64,000 bases of DNA, taken from positions 40,788 through 104,787 of the forward strand of contig JAEZGX010000009.1 of NCBI GenBank assembly GCA_023416735.1. The letters run 5' to 3'. The number at the start of each line of letters is the position of its first letter. Position 1 is the stretch's first letter. Made by a program: the position numbers and the translations under genes. The DNA is from Verrucomicrobiota bacterium (GTDB lineage: Bacteria; Verrucomicrobiota; Verrucomicrobiia; Opitutales; Opitutaceae). Below, piece by piece: positions 17,987-27,739 of the stretch. Below the pieces are notes generated by a model, which had not been told where the DNA came from, made no database searches, and saw only the letters and a list, made by a program, of their open reading frames with translations.

Positions 17987-20209
17987 TCAGCCGGCAGGTT
18001 CCGGAGGCGCAGGTTCGGCAGCGGGCGTCGTCGCGGCCGGCGGGGGCTGCCAGAAATAGTGTCCGACGCTCTGCCGGTGCCAGCGGATCAGCGCGGCGGC
18101 GAGCGCGATCAGCAAGACGATCAGAAGCACAATAGCGCGGCGGCGCCGCCGGCGGGCGTTGATGTCTTCAAACGGATCGTTGAGCAGACGCTCGGAGCCA
18201 GGCGGGAGCTTGGGGAGCTCGGTGAGCGCGCTGCCGAGAGGGACGTTGATCTTCACGCGGCCGTTCACGGCCCAGCCGCTGCCTTCGAGGATGGGGCCGA
18301 GCGTGCGTTGGCGGAGTTTGATTGCCGCGATCAGCATGGATGGTCCGGAGATCGCGAGCATGATGCCCAAGATGCCGGCGGGCATCCAGAAGCCGAGGCC
18401 GAGGAACGCGCCCAGGATCGTGCCGAAAGCGGCGGTGATACCGCCGACGGCGACGCCCAGAGCGGCCACGGTGCCGACGTCGATTTTCTTGGGCTGGGCG
18501 GCCGGCGGTTTGGCGGCCTTGTCGATGTTGGCGGTGTTTTCCGCGGCCGCGGCGACGCGGCTGGACGACTCGGCTTCGGCGGCGGCGGCGCGCTTCGCGA
18601 CCTGCTCCTCGACCATGCGAACGAACTTTTTGTAGGGAGAGAAAAAGGCCTGGCGGAGGCTGATTGGGTTATCGACGATCTGAGTGATGACGGCGTCCCA
18701 GTCTTGTCCCTTGCGATCGTAGAAAACCCCGCGACGGCCGACGAAAAGGTAATCGCTGTCGCCCTGGGTAAAGCAGGCGGCGATGTTCATGGTGGCGCCA
18801 CCGCGCGTGCAGGCGCAGTAGGCGATGCACGCCTTGCTCATCGCGGCGAGGGGATTGGGTCCGTCGACGCGGATGCACAATTCGGCAGAGCGGCTGTCGA
18901 GATAGAGCGTGCCGGCTTGGAAGACGGCTGAGCGGTCGGGCGAGTAGAAGTCGGCGAAGTTGACGAAATTCCGCAGCAGCGTGGAAAGATCGCGCTGGTA
19001 GCGCACGAGCCGTTCGAGGTCATGCACTGCGTTGAATTCCGGAGCGAGCGCCTGGTCGCGCTCGATCAGTTGGGTGAGGGCGGCGCGCTCGACGCCGGCG
19101 GCGATGGTGCGCAGCCGTTGCACGCCGAGCTTTTCGACGATGCCGCCGGACTTGGCGCCGAGCCAGGTTTCATACGGGGCAAAACCGGCAACGAGATCCT
19201 TCCATTCGCGAGCGGTGAGCGTGGTTTTGGTGGCACCAAAAATCGGTGCGACAGCGGCGCTATGGAGCGTGGCGAGCGCTTGAGCCCAGGCAGGATTGAC
19301 GCCTTCCAACAGCGGCAGCGGACGATCGGGCTCGATTCGCGCGAGAGGAAACGCAGCGATTTCGTCCATGTTCGTTGTCAGGTTCTTCGCCGAGAAAGCC
19401 TGGTAGTCGTTTTCGGAGCGATTGAGCGCGCCGGCGGCGCGGGCGTCGAAAGCGGCGAGGGCGCTGCGCGCGAAGTAGTCGTCGATTTTCTCGCGCACCG
19501 CGCGGATGGCGGCGACCGCAGCATCGGTCGCCTCGCCGAGCACCGCGACCTCTTTGCTGCTGCTTTGTTCGATCCAGGCGAGATAGGCCGTGAGCTCGGC
19601 GAAAAACGTCTCGACTTGGGCAGCGGTGACCCCGTGAGAGCCGGTGCGCCCGGCGGTGCCGCCGGTGCATTCGATGATGTCTTTGATGAGCGCTTGGACG
19701 GCAGGATCTTCGCTCGCTTCGGGAGGGATGATACCGCTGCCGTTGAGCGGGCTGGCAGCGAAGATTTTTGCGATATCGCCGATCTCTTCGGCCGAGAGGG
19801 TGTTCGCATTCTCGCGACCGAGCCGCGAAAGCACGCGACGGGCGCAGGCGACGAGGACCTGGCCCTCGGGCGAGTCGGGGTTGATCGAATCGATCGCGAG
19901 CACGTCCTGACGAAGAAGGACGCCGGGATTTTTCAGCCGGGCGATGGCCCAGTTTACAGCGGCGAGAAGCTCGGGCGCGCGAATACGGCCGTCACCATCG
20001 GTGTCGATCAGCTGCAGCGTTTTTTCATCGAGATCGATGCCCTTGACCGGGCAGCTGAGGGCAACCCAAAGCTTTTGATCGAGCTGCGGAAGGGCTCGCA
20101 GGTCTTCGCCGCTTTCCAGCAAGACTTGGTCGAGTCCGCCGGAGCGAAAGAATTTCCATGTGTGTGAGCCAGGATGAGATGACGAGATCATACTGCGATG
20201 CTGCAGCAT
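17987..20209 (-). CDS. large uncharacterised membrane protein with an N-terminal EF-hand-like loop
   Basis: 740-aa ORF with genome-typical composition. It has an EF-hand-like DTDGDGRIRAPELLAAV and a long helical middle. The C-terminal cluster of Gly/Ala-rich TM segments ends in a final TM preceded by RRRRRR. Confidence 0.6.
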   Translation of the reverse strand: MLQHRSMISSSHPGSHTWKFFRSGGLDQVLLESGEDLRALPQLDQKLWVALSCPVKGIDLDEKTLQLIDTDGDGRIRAPELLAAVNWAIARLKNPGVLLRQDVLAIDSINPDSPEGQVLVACARRVLSRLGRENANTLSAEEIGDIAKIFAASPLNGSGIIPPEASEDPAVQALIKDIIECTGGTAGRTGSHGVTAAQVETFFAELTAYLAWIEQSSSKEVAVLGEATDAAVAAIRAVREKIDDYFARSALAAFDARAAGALNRSENDYQAFSAKNLTTNMDEIAAFPLARIEPDRPLPLLEGVNPAWAQALATLHSAAVAPIFGATKTTLTAREWKDLVAGFAPYETWLGAKSGGIVEKLGVQRLRTIAAGVERAALTQLIERDQALAPEFNAVHDLERLVRYQRDLSTLLRNFVNFADFYSPDRSAVFQAGTLYLDSRSAELCIRVDGPNPLAAMSKACIAYCACTRGGATMNIAACFTQGDSDYLFVGRRGVFYDRKGQDWDAVITQIVDNPISLRQAFFSPYKKFVRMVEEQVAKRAAAAEAESSSRVAAAAENTANIDKAAKPPAAQPKKIDVGTVAALGVAVGGITAAFGTILGAFLGLGFWMPAGILGIMLAISGPSMLIAAIKLRQRTLGPILEGSGWAVNGRVKINVPLGSALTELPKLPPGSERLLNDPFEDINARRRRRRAIVLLIVLLIALAAALIRWHRQSVGHYFWQPPPAATTPAAEPAPPEPAG

Positions 20210-20277
20210 GAGCTATCGTGAAGCGCTCAGGCAATCCGAACGGTTGGCTCCGGCCTAAAATGGCGGAGCGGGAACGG

Positions 20278-21636
20278 TCAGACTTGGTAGGTCTGGAGCG
20301 GGACGGGATCGACGACGTTCGCGGACGGAAGCTGCTCGGTGAGCGATGCGGCGAACCAGTCGCGAGCGGCAGGATCGCCGTGCGTGAGCACGATGCTGCG
20401 CGCTTCCGTCTGAACGGCGAACTCGAGCAACTCCTCACGATCGGCGTGGCCGCTGAGCTCAAAACGCTCGATGTGGGCCTTAACCTTCGCCTTGACGTGG
20501 GCGTCGGCGAACAGGAAGTCATCGCCGGGGCGCGCCGCGAGCAGCTGGCCGCCGGGTGTATCCGGATCGCAATACCCGACGAATGCGATGGTGTTGCGCG
20601 CGTGACCGAGCAGTCCGGAAGCGAGGGCGTAGCTCGGCGTGCGTTCGACCATCATGCCGGAACTGATGATGTAGAGGGCGTTTTGCTGCGGGTCTTCGCC
20701 GGGGACGAGCTTGCGCGGAGTCGGTTTGATACGGAGCTCCTTGATGATGCTCCGATTGAACTGAAGCGATTGGGTCTTGCGGCTGATTTCGTCGAAGTAA
20801 TCGGCGAGGTCCATGCCGAGGCCGGACGCGTAGATCGGGCAGTCGACGAGCCGGCCGAATTTCTTGGCGTCGTGAACGATCGCGAGAATCTCCTGCATGC
20901 GGCCCAGCGCGAACACCGGGATGAGAAACGAACCGCCGCGCTGGATGGTGGCGTTGATCGAATCGATGAGCCGGGCGACCTCTTGGACGCGTTCCTTGCC
21001 GGCCGGGCGTTCCGTGGTGCCGCGCGTGGTTTCGAGGACGAGCGTGTCGAAATGGCCGGCGGGAAACTTCGCACCGGTGAGCGTGCGTTGATTTTCGAAA
21101 AGGACGTCACCGGTGAAGAAGATCGACCGATGCTTATGGCGAATTTCGACGCCGGCGGCGCCGGCGACGTGGCCGGCGTGGTGGAACGTGATCTCGATCT
21201 CGTCGCGCGCACCGCGGAAGCGTTTGACGTGGCCAACGGGCAGGCCGGTCAGCCGCGGCGCGCAACGATCGATGTCTTCGTGAGTGAACAGCGGATAGTC
21301 GGGGATGTTATTCTCCTCGCGCTGACGCAGCATGACGTTGGCGGAATTGTGGAGCATGCGCTCGATCAGCATACGGCTGCCCTGGGTCATGACGACGGGC
21401 GTATTCGGATGCTCGCGCATGACCACGGGCAGGCTGCCGATGTGATCGAGGTGGCAATGCGTGATGATGATCAGGTCGAGCTCGAAGCCGCGGAGCGGCG
21501 TGAGATCAGGCGTGGCGGCGCGGCCGACTTTCTTGGGATGAAGTCCGCAATCGACGAGAATGCGGAGATCGCCGATCTGGACAAAAAGGGAATTCGCGCC
21601 GATGCCGCCGTCGCGATTCAGGTCAATGAGCTTCAT
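20278..21636 (-). CDS. MBL-fold beta-CASP family hydrolase (CPSF/RNase J-like)
   Basis: It has the metallo-beta-lactamase motif HCHLDHIGSLP and the downstream beta-CASP-type motifs FHHAGHVAG and ELSGHAD..LTHGD. Confidence 0.85.
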   Translation of the reverse strand: MKLIDLNRDGGIGANSLFVQIGDLRILVDCGLHPKKVGRAATPDLTPLRGFELDLIIITHCHLDHIGSLPVVMREHPNTPVVMTQGSRMLIERMLHNSANVMLRQREENNIPDYPLFTHEDIDRCAPRLTGLPVGHVKRFRGARDEIEITFHHAGHVAGAAGVEIRHKHRSIFFTGDVLFENQRTLTGAKFPAGHFDTLVLETTRGTTERPAGKERVQEVARLIDSINATIQRGGSFLIPVFALGRMQEILAIVHDAKKFGRLVDCPIYASGLGMDLADYFDEISRKTQSLQFNRSIIKELRIKPTPRKLVPGEDPQQNALYIISSGMMVERTPSYALASGLLGHARNTIAFVGYCDPDTPGGQLLAARPGDDFLFADAHVKAKVKAHIERFELSGHADREELLEFAVQTEARSIVLTHGDPAARDWFAASLTEQLPSANVVDPVPLQTYQV

Positions 21637-21684
21637 GAATCGCGCAGACAGAGAACGAGAATGCGGGCGAGAACGAGACGATTT

Positions 21685-22071
21685 TCAATCGCGGGGAATG
21701 TGCATTTCGAAGGCTGCGAGCCGCACATGGACCTTCTGCCCGGTTTCGTCGACGCCGTGGAAACACCCGTAGGCCGTGGCGTCGGTGCCGGTGACGTGAT
21801 AGCTGTTGTAGGAAAATTGTTCGCCCGGCGAAAGCCGCGGAGTCTCGCCGACGATCTTGTCGCCTTCGACCACGAGCTGGCTGCCATCGGCGTGAACCAC
21901 GACCCATTTGCGGCCGAGCAAAGTGACGACGCGATCGGAGGCATTTTGGATCGTGATGAAATAGACGAAAGCGTGAGGTTTGTCGGCAGGCAGCGACGGC
22001 CCGCCGTGATGGTAGGCGAGTTTATCGAGGCGGGCGGTGAGTCCGGGAACTTCGCTGGAGGCGAGTGACAC
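21685..22071 (-). CDS. apaG: ApaG (DUF525) protein
   Basis: 128 aa. FVYFITIQNASDRVVTLLGRKWVVVHADG...GEQFSYNS matches the ApaG family pattern. Confidence 0.85.
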   Translation of the reverse strand: MSLASSEVPGLTARLDKLAYHHGGPSLPADKPHAFVYFITIQNASDRVVTLLGRKWVVVHADGSQLVVEGDKIVGETPRLSPGEQFSYNSYHVTGTDATAYGCFHGVDETGQKVHVRLAAFEMHIPRD

Positions 22072-22202
22072 GTGGCTAACAGATGAGGGATTCGGCGGCA
22101 GGCAAGTGGCGAAAAAACGAGACGCTTGGCCTCGCTGGCGATTGAAAAAGCGCGGTTATCGGCTTGATGCGCGCAAGGGCAGGACGCAAAAACTCGCCGC
22201 CT

Positions 22203-23762
22203 ATGGCCAAACTCGCGCTCCTTTCGGTCAGCGACAAACGGGGACTCGTGGACTTCGCCACGGCGCTCGTGCAGCAGCATGGTTACACGCTGCTCTCGAC
22301 GGGCGGCACCGCGAAGTTGCTCGCGGAAAAAGGCCTGCCGGTGACGGAGGTGAGCCAGCACACGGGGTTCCCGGAGATCATGGAAGGACGCGTGAAGACG
22401 TTGCATCCGAAGATTCACGGCGGGTTGTTGTGCCGGCGGGACAAGGAAGAGCATCTCGCGCAGGCGGCGCGGAACGAGATCGCGTTGATCGATCTCGTGG
22501 TCGTGAACCTTTATCCCTTCGAGGAAACGGTCGCGAAGCCCAACGTGAGTTTCGAGGAAGCGATCGAGAATATCGACATTGGCGGGCCTTCGATGCTGCG
22601 CAGCGCGGCAAAGAATCATGAAAGTGTGACCGTCGTGTGCGATCCGACGGACTATGACGCGGTGCTGCAGGCATTCGCAAACGAAGCCAGCGCGCCGGAG
22701 AAGTTGAAGGAGTTGCGGCGGAGACTGGCGTTGAAAGTGTTTCAGCGCACGGGGAGCTACGACACGGCGATCGCGCGCTATCTCGAAGCGCAGGCAACGG
22801 AGCCGGACCTCGAAGCGTTGAGCGGATTGCCGGCGACCCTGACGATGAGTTGGAAGAAGGCGCAGGCGCTGCGTTATGGGGAAAATCCGCATCAGCAAGC
22901 GGCGCTGTATGGGACGTTTCACGAGCACTTCGAGCAGCTGCAAGGGAAAGAGCTGAGCTATAACAACATTTTGGATATCACGTCGGCCACGTATCTGATT
23001 GGCGAATTCGAGCGACCCACGGTGGCGATTTTGAAGCACACGAATCCCTGCGGTGCTGCCAGCGCGGATACGTTGGAGGAAGCGTGGGAGAAGGCGTTCG
23101 CGACGGATCGGCAGGCGCCGTTTGGCGGCATCATCATCGTGAACCAGACGCTCAGCGGCGAACTGGCGAAGACGATCGCGGAGATTTTCACGGAAGTGAT
23201 CATCGCGCCGCGTTTCAGCGACGAGGCGCTGGCTGTCTTTTCGAAGAAGAAGAACCTGCGCTTGATGATCGCGAAAGGCGGGATCGGTGCGGATGCGTTG
23301 CGCGAAGTGCGCTCGGTCGTCGGCGGCGTGCTTGTGCAGGATCGCGACCGCACGCTCGGAAACGTGCGCGAGTTCAAGGTCGTGACGAAGCGTGAACCGA
23401 CCGCGGAAGAATGGGCCGGGATGATGTTCGGCTGGAAAGTCGCGAAGCATGTGAAATCCAACGCGATCGTTTACTGCCGCGGCGAGCAGACCCTGGGGGT
23501 CGGCGCGGGGCAGATGGCGCGTGTGGACAGTTCGCGCATCGCGGTTTGGAAAGCGGGCGAAGCGAAGCTCGAGTTGAAAGGCAGCGTCGTGGCGAGCGAA
23601 GCGCTGTTTCCGTTTGCCGATGGATTGATCGCGGCCGCGGATGCGGGCGCGACGGCGGCGATCCAACCGGGCGGTTCGGTGCGCGATGCGGAAGTGATCG
23701 CGGCCGCGGATGCACGGGGCATGGCGATGGTGTTTACGGGCGTGCGCCATTTTAAACACTGA
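22203..23762 (+). CDS. purH: bifunctional AICAR transformylase / IMP cyclohydrolase
   Basis: The protein runs [19 protein letters not shown]...[13 protein letters not shown]...[13 protein letters not shown]...FTGVRHFKH, which matches PurH from end to end. The start is the ATG at 22203. Confidence 0.95.
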   Translation: MAKLALLSVSDKRGLVDFATALVQQHGYTLLSTGGTAKLLAEKGLPVTEVSQHTGFPEIMEGRVKTLHPKIHGGLLCRRDKEEHLAQAARNEIALIDLVVVNLYPFEETVAKPNVSFEEAIENIDIGGPSMLRSAAKNHESVTVVCDPTDYDAVLQAFANEASAPEKLKELRRRLALKVFQRTGSYDTAIARYLEAQATEPDLEALSGLPATLTMSWKKAQALRYGENPHQQAALYGTFHEHFEQLQGKELSYNNILDITSATYLIGEFERPTVAILKHTNPCGAASADTLEEAWEKAFATDRQAPFGGIIIVNQTLSGELAKTIAEIFTEVIIAPRFSDEALAVFSKKKNLRLMIAKGGIGADALREVRSVVGGVLVQDRDRTLGNVREFKVVTKREPTAEEWAGMMFGWKVAKHVKSNAIVYCRGEQTLGVGAGQMARVDSSRIAVWKAGEAKLELKGSVVASEALFPFADGLIAAADAGATAAIQPGGSVRDAEVIAAADARGMAMVFTGVRHFKH

Positions 23763-23830
23763 TCGGACTCAGGGATGTCCCGACCCGTTCGCGGCTTGCG
23801 GGGTCAGGCGAGCTGAGTTGGAATGCGCGC

Positions 23831-24610
23831 ATGAAACGAATGATGCGCGCGTTGCTCGCGGGACCGATCTTGTGGCTGGCGGGATGTTACACGGTGCCGG
23901 AGACGGGCCGGCAGGCGGTGATCCTGCCGATCTTCGACGATGTGCAGATGGGCACGCAGGCGTTCGCGGAGATCCGGGCGCAGGAGAAAGTGTCGACCGA
24001 TCCGGCGGCGAACGCGCGCGTGCGGCGAATCGGACAACGGATTGCGGAGGCCGTAGGCGACCGCATGCCGGACGCGCAATGGGAATTCGTGGTGTTCGAC
24101 GCGCCGGATACGGTGAACGCGTTTGCGCTGCCGGGTGGAAAAGTGGGCGTTTACACCGGGCTGTTGAATCTCGCGGCATCGGACGATGAGCTCGCGTTTG
24201 TGATGGGACACGAGATCGCGCACGTCACGAGCCGACACAGCGCGCAACGGGCGACGGCGATGGTCGGTGCGACGGTGGGCGCCTTGGCCGCGGATCTGCT
24301 GACCCGCAACAGCCAGCATCGCGATTTGATTTTGGCGGCGTATGGTGTCGGCGCGGCCGGCGGCACGCTGGCATATTCGCGTTCGCACGAAAGCGAGGCG
24401 GATTACATCGGGCTGCGGTTCTCCGCTTACGCAGGCTACGACCCGCGCGCGTCGGTGACGTTCTGGCGAAAGATGGCGCAGAAAAGCGGAGGCGGAAAGA
24501 TGCCGGAGCTGTTGTCGACGCATCCCTCGGACGATCGCCGCATCGCGAATCTGGAGGCGCAGATTCCGGAAGTGATGCCGATCTACGAGGCGAATCGCGC
24601 GAAGTATTGA
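23831..24610 (+). CDS. M48-family zinc metallopeptidase lipoprotein
   Basis: It has a lipobox (LAGC) and the HEIAHVTSRH zinc motif. Confidence 0.85.
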   Translation: MKRMMRALLAGPILWLAGCYTVPETGRQAVILPIFDDVQMGTQAFAEIRAQEKVSTDPAANARVRRIGQRIAEAVGDRMPDAQWEFVVFDAPDTVNAFALPGGKVGVYTGLLNLAASDDELAFVMGHEIAHVTSRHSAQRATAMVGATVGALAADLLTRNSQHRDLILAAYGVGAAGGTLAYSRSHESEADYIGLRFSAYAGYDPRASVTFWRKMAQKSGGGKMPELLSTHPSDDRRIANLEAQIPEVMPIYEANRAKY

Positions 24611-24667
24611 GCGGGTGGGCGAAGTTTTGCGGTTGGCGGATGCGGGCGACCTGCGCAGGTTGGCGGC

Positions 24668-26041
24668 ATGTTCGATCCTGTTGAAAAGCTGAAGGAGTTC
24701 ATTCGTCACCCGAGCGTCTCAGCCGACTCGAAGTTCAAGGAAGGCATGCAGGGCGCGCAGCGGTTCGTGTCGGAGCTGCTGGCTTCGATGGGCTTCAAGG
24801 TCGAGGTGGTGAAAACGAAGCTGCATCCGGTCGTGTTCGCGCAGCGCGGCGACAATCCGGATTGGCCGCACGTGGTGATCTACGGGCACTACGATGTGCA
24901 GCCGGCGGATCCGTTGAATCTGTGGAAAACGCCGGCGTTCGAGCCGACGATCGTGGGCAATCGCATCTACGGTCGCGGTGCGGCGGACAACAAAGGGCCG
25001 CTGATGGCGAACATCGCGGCGGTGGCGTCGTTGCTGGAGGAGCAGCCGGATTTGCCGTTGCGGATCACGTTCTTGATTGAAGGCGAGGAGGAGATGGGAA
25101 GTCCGAGCTTTCCGGAGTTTCTCGAGTCGCATCAGGACCGACTCAAAGAGGCGGATTTTGTTTATTTGTCGGACACGGTTTTGCCGTCAGCGGATCGCGT
25201 AGTGATCACGACGGGGCTGCGCGGGTTGACGCTGTTCGACGTGCACGTGACCGGAGCGAAAGGCGACCTGCATTCGGGGCTGCATGGCGGCGTCCTTAGA
25301 AATCCGATACAGGCGCTCGCGGAAATCCTGGCGACGCTGCACACGCCGGACGGGAAGGTGAACGTGCCGGGGTTTTACGACGACGTATTGGACGTGCATC
25401 CGTGGGAGCGCGAAGAGTTGAAGAAACTCGGAGCGGACGAAAAGGCGTATAAGGAATTTCTCGGCATCGATTCGTTTTATACGCCCCCGGGATTTTCGCC
25501 GTTCGAGTCACTGCGGTTTCAACCGACGCTCGAGATCAACGGCATCGGCGGCGGGTATCAGGGCGAGGGGACGAAGACAGTGATTCCGAGCAAGGCGTTC
25601 GCGAAGATCAGCTGCCGATTGGTGCCGAACCAGAAGCCAGATACGATCAAGCGGCTCGTGATCGAAGCGATCCGAAGCCGGACGCCGAGCGGAGTGAAGA
25701 TCGAGTTTGTGGATCAGCACAAAGGCGATCCCTACGTCGTCGTCCCGCCGGGGAAGTCCAACACGCCGAAAGATCAATCGCCGGTGTTGGCGGAGGCGTT
25801 TCGTGCCACGGAGAAGGCGGTCGCGGAGGTTTGGGGCAGTCCGCCGTTGTATTTGCGCGAAGGCGGCAGCGTGCCGATCATCGCGGATATCAAGCGCGTG
25901 ACCGGGCTGGACTCGATCTTGTTCGGGCTGTTTTTGCCGGAGGACAATCTCCACGCGCCGAATGAAAGCTTCAACCTCGACATCATGAAGCGCGGCACCG
26001 CGACGACGAAGCGCGTGTTGGCCGAGCTGGCGAAAGGGTAG
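24668..26041 (+). CDS. M20-family dipeptidase
   Basis: It has M20 motifs: YGHYDVQPAD, GRGAADNKG and the LIEGEEEMGS metal ligands. Confidence 0.85.
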   Translation: MFDPVEKLKEFIRHPSVSADSKFKEGMQGAQRFVSELLASMGFKVEVVKTKLHPVVFAQRGDNPDWPHVVIYGHYDVQPADPLNLWKTPAFEPTIVGNRIYGRGAADNKGPLMANIAAVASLLEEQPDLPLRITFLIEGEEEMGSPSFPEFLESHQDRLKEADFVYLSDTVLPSADRVVITTGLRGLTLFDVHVTGAKGDLHSGLHGGVLRNPIQALAEILATLHTPDGKVNVPGFYDDVLDVHPWEREELKKLGADEKAYKEFLGIDSFYTPPGFSPFESLRFQPTLEINGIGGGYQGEGTKTVIPSKAFAKISCRLVPNQKPDTIKRLVIEAIRSRTPSGVKIEFVDQHKGDPYVVVPPGKSNTPKDQSPVLAEAFRATEKAVAEVWGSPPLYLREGGSVPIIADIKRVTGLDSILFGLFLPEDNLHAPNESFNLDIMKRGTATTKRVLAELAKG

Positions 26042-26124
26042 GTGATCGAGCGCTCGGGTGGTGCGGTGCTTTGGCGCACACGCATGACTGACGCGAGCGC
26101 GCGGTTGAAGCCGCGCGTGATTCC

Positions 26125-26153
26125 AAAAAAAAGCCCCGGCGATGGCCGGGGCT
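26125..26153 (-). terminator. rho-independent terminator after pal
   Basis: On the minus strand, hairpin AGCCCCGGC-CATC-GCCGGGGCT is followed by TTTTTTTT. Confidence 0.8.
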
Positions 26154-26181
26154 GATATCAGTCGCCCGTAGCGGGCGGAGA

Positions 26182-26739
26182 TTAGTTCTTCAGGATGACG
26201 ATCTCGACGCGCCGATCTTGGGCCATCGTGGAATCGTCGCCGTTCTGGGTGGCTTCGAGGCTGCCCTTGGAAACCGTTTCAATTTTGTCGGCGGAGGTCA
26301 GCGTCGCGAGGTAGCGCTGCGCGGAAGACGCGCGACGATCGCCGAGGCCGAGGTTGTATTCGGCGGTGCCGCGCCAGTCGGCATGTCCCTCGAGGAGAAT
26401 GCGGTGCTGCGGGTTTTCGGAAAGGTAACGGGCCGCTTCCTGAAGCTTCGGGCGTTCGCTGGGCTTGATGGCGGATTGATCGAAGTCGAAGTAAACGGGC
26501 TGGAGCAGGCCGCGAATGGTGTTTTCATCTTCGATGACGCCGGGACCGCGGGACTCGAGACCGCTCAACGGGTCGGCCGTGAGGCCAATGTCCTGGGTCA
26601 TGAGCTGACTGCTGCCGCCGGGTTGCTGACCGAGCACGGTGGCGCTGGGGTCGGGGCGTTTCGGTTTCTTAGTGCAGCCCGCTAGGAGGAAAGCGGCGCT
26701 GGCGAGCAGGAGAAAAAACTTCTTCGAGGCAATGTTCAT
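26182..26739 (-). CDS. pal: peptidoglycan-associated lipoprotein (OmpA-family)
   Basis: It has a signal peptide and lipobox (LLAGC). The OmpA-like C-terminal domain reads VYFDFDQSAI...LEGHADWRGTAEYNLGLGDRRA. Confidence 0.85.
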   Translation of the reverse strand: MNIASKKFFLLLASAAFLLAGCTKKPKRPDPSATVLGQQPGGSSQLMTQDIGLTADPLSGLESRGPGVIEDENTIRGLLQPVYFDFDQSAIKPSERPKLQEAARYLSENPQHRILLEGHADWRGTAEYNLGLGDRRASSAQRYLATLTSADKIETVSKGSLEATQNGDDSTMAQDRRVEIVILKN

Positions 26740-26798
26740 GGAAGAGCGGGTAGTCCGGGCGGGACTAATTGGGCAAAGCCTCTGGAGCGGCAAGGCTT

Positions 26799-27446
26799 TT
26801 ACAGCGATTTCTTGGGCTCAATCAGGCCGACCTCCAACGCGTAGCGGGTGAGGCTGGCAACGTCGTGGAGATTGAGTTTACGCATCAAATTCGTGCGGTG
26901 GTTGTCGACCGTCTTGATGCTGATGCCGAGCTTGGCGGCGATTTCCTTCGTGCTGTGGCTTTCGGCGACGAGCTGGAGGATTTCGCGTTCGCGATCGGTG
27001 AGGAAGTCGGACGTGTTGCTCGCGGACGGATTGGCAACGACATTGCGCAACAAAGCGGCGACAGCGGGACCGAAGTAGGTGCCGCCATTGGCGACGGTCT
27101 CGAGGCCCTTTTTGAATTCGAACAAACCGGCCGTTTTCTCGACGAAGCCGTGCGCGCCGGATTCGAGCATTTCGCGAATCAGCACGGGGTTTTCGTGTCC
27201 GGAGAACACGAGCACGCGCATATCCGGGAGCTTTTTGCTGATGCGGCGCAGGAGATCGACGCCGTTCAACCCCGGCAGCTTCGCGTCGAGGACGAGCAAG
27301 TCGGGTTTGACGTCGAGACAGAGCGCGAGCGCGCTTTGTCCGTCGCCGCTTTCGCCGACCAGTTGATAGTTGGCGTCGAGTCGAAGGATCTCGACGAGCA
27401 TCTCACGGATCGCGGTCTGATCTTCGACGATGACGAGACGTTTCAT
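26799..27446 (-). CDS. NarL/LuxR-family response regulator
   Basis: It has a receiver domain (VIVEDQ..., DLLVLDAKLPG) and a C-terminal LuxR HTH (LTDREREILQLVAESHSTKEIAAKLGISIKTVDNHR). Confidence 0.9.
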   Translation of the reverse strand: MKRLVIVEDQTAIREMLVEILRLDANYQLVGESGDGQSALALCLDVKPDLLVLDAKLPGLNGVDLLRRISKKLPDMRVLVFSGHENPVLIREMLESGAHGFVEKTAGLFEFKKGLETVANGGTYFGPAVAALLRNVVANPSASNTSDFLTDREREILQLVAESHSTKEIAAKLGISIKTVDNHRTNLMRKLNLHDVASLTRYALEVGLIEPKKSL

Positions 27447-27494
27447 GGAAGGGGCCCTCAGGCCCGGAGTATCGGAAATGGAAGGAGTAAGAAA

Positions 27495-27569
27495 TGGTGG
27501 GTTGGCTGGGATTCGAACCCAGAACCAACGACTTAAAAGGACGCTGCTCTACCGTTGAGCTACCAACCC
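27495..27569 (-). tRNA. tRNA-Lys (anticodon UUU)
   Basis: The cloverleaf read by eye on the minus strand is GGGTTGG-TA-GCTC-AACGGTA-GAGC-A-GCGTC-CTTTTAA-GTCGT-TGGTT-CTGGG-TTCGAAT-CCCAG-CCAACCC-A-CCA. The acceptor and T arms are perfect and CCA is encoded. The anticodon stem has one U-U mismatch. Confidence 0.9.
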
Positions 27570-27739
27570 TCGCTGACAGAAAAATCAAAATGGGTTTTGG
27601 CTCCGAGCGAAGGCAAGCAGTTTTTAGGACAAATCGGGCGAGGCGGTTGACCGGACCGCTCTTGAGGAATAAGGAAACGCACTCAGGTAAAATCGTGGGA
27701 ACAATCCAGACATACACCCATCACACCGAGGAAGAACGT

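Noticed and set aside
20218-23759. 616-aa plus-strand ORF (20218..22068) and 708-aa minus-strand ORF (21633..23759)
   Set aside because: They are antisense to the beta-CASP/apaG genes and to purH respectively. The accepted genes all have unambiguous family motifs, and the rejected ORFs are Arg-rich shadows.
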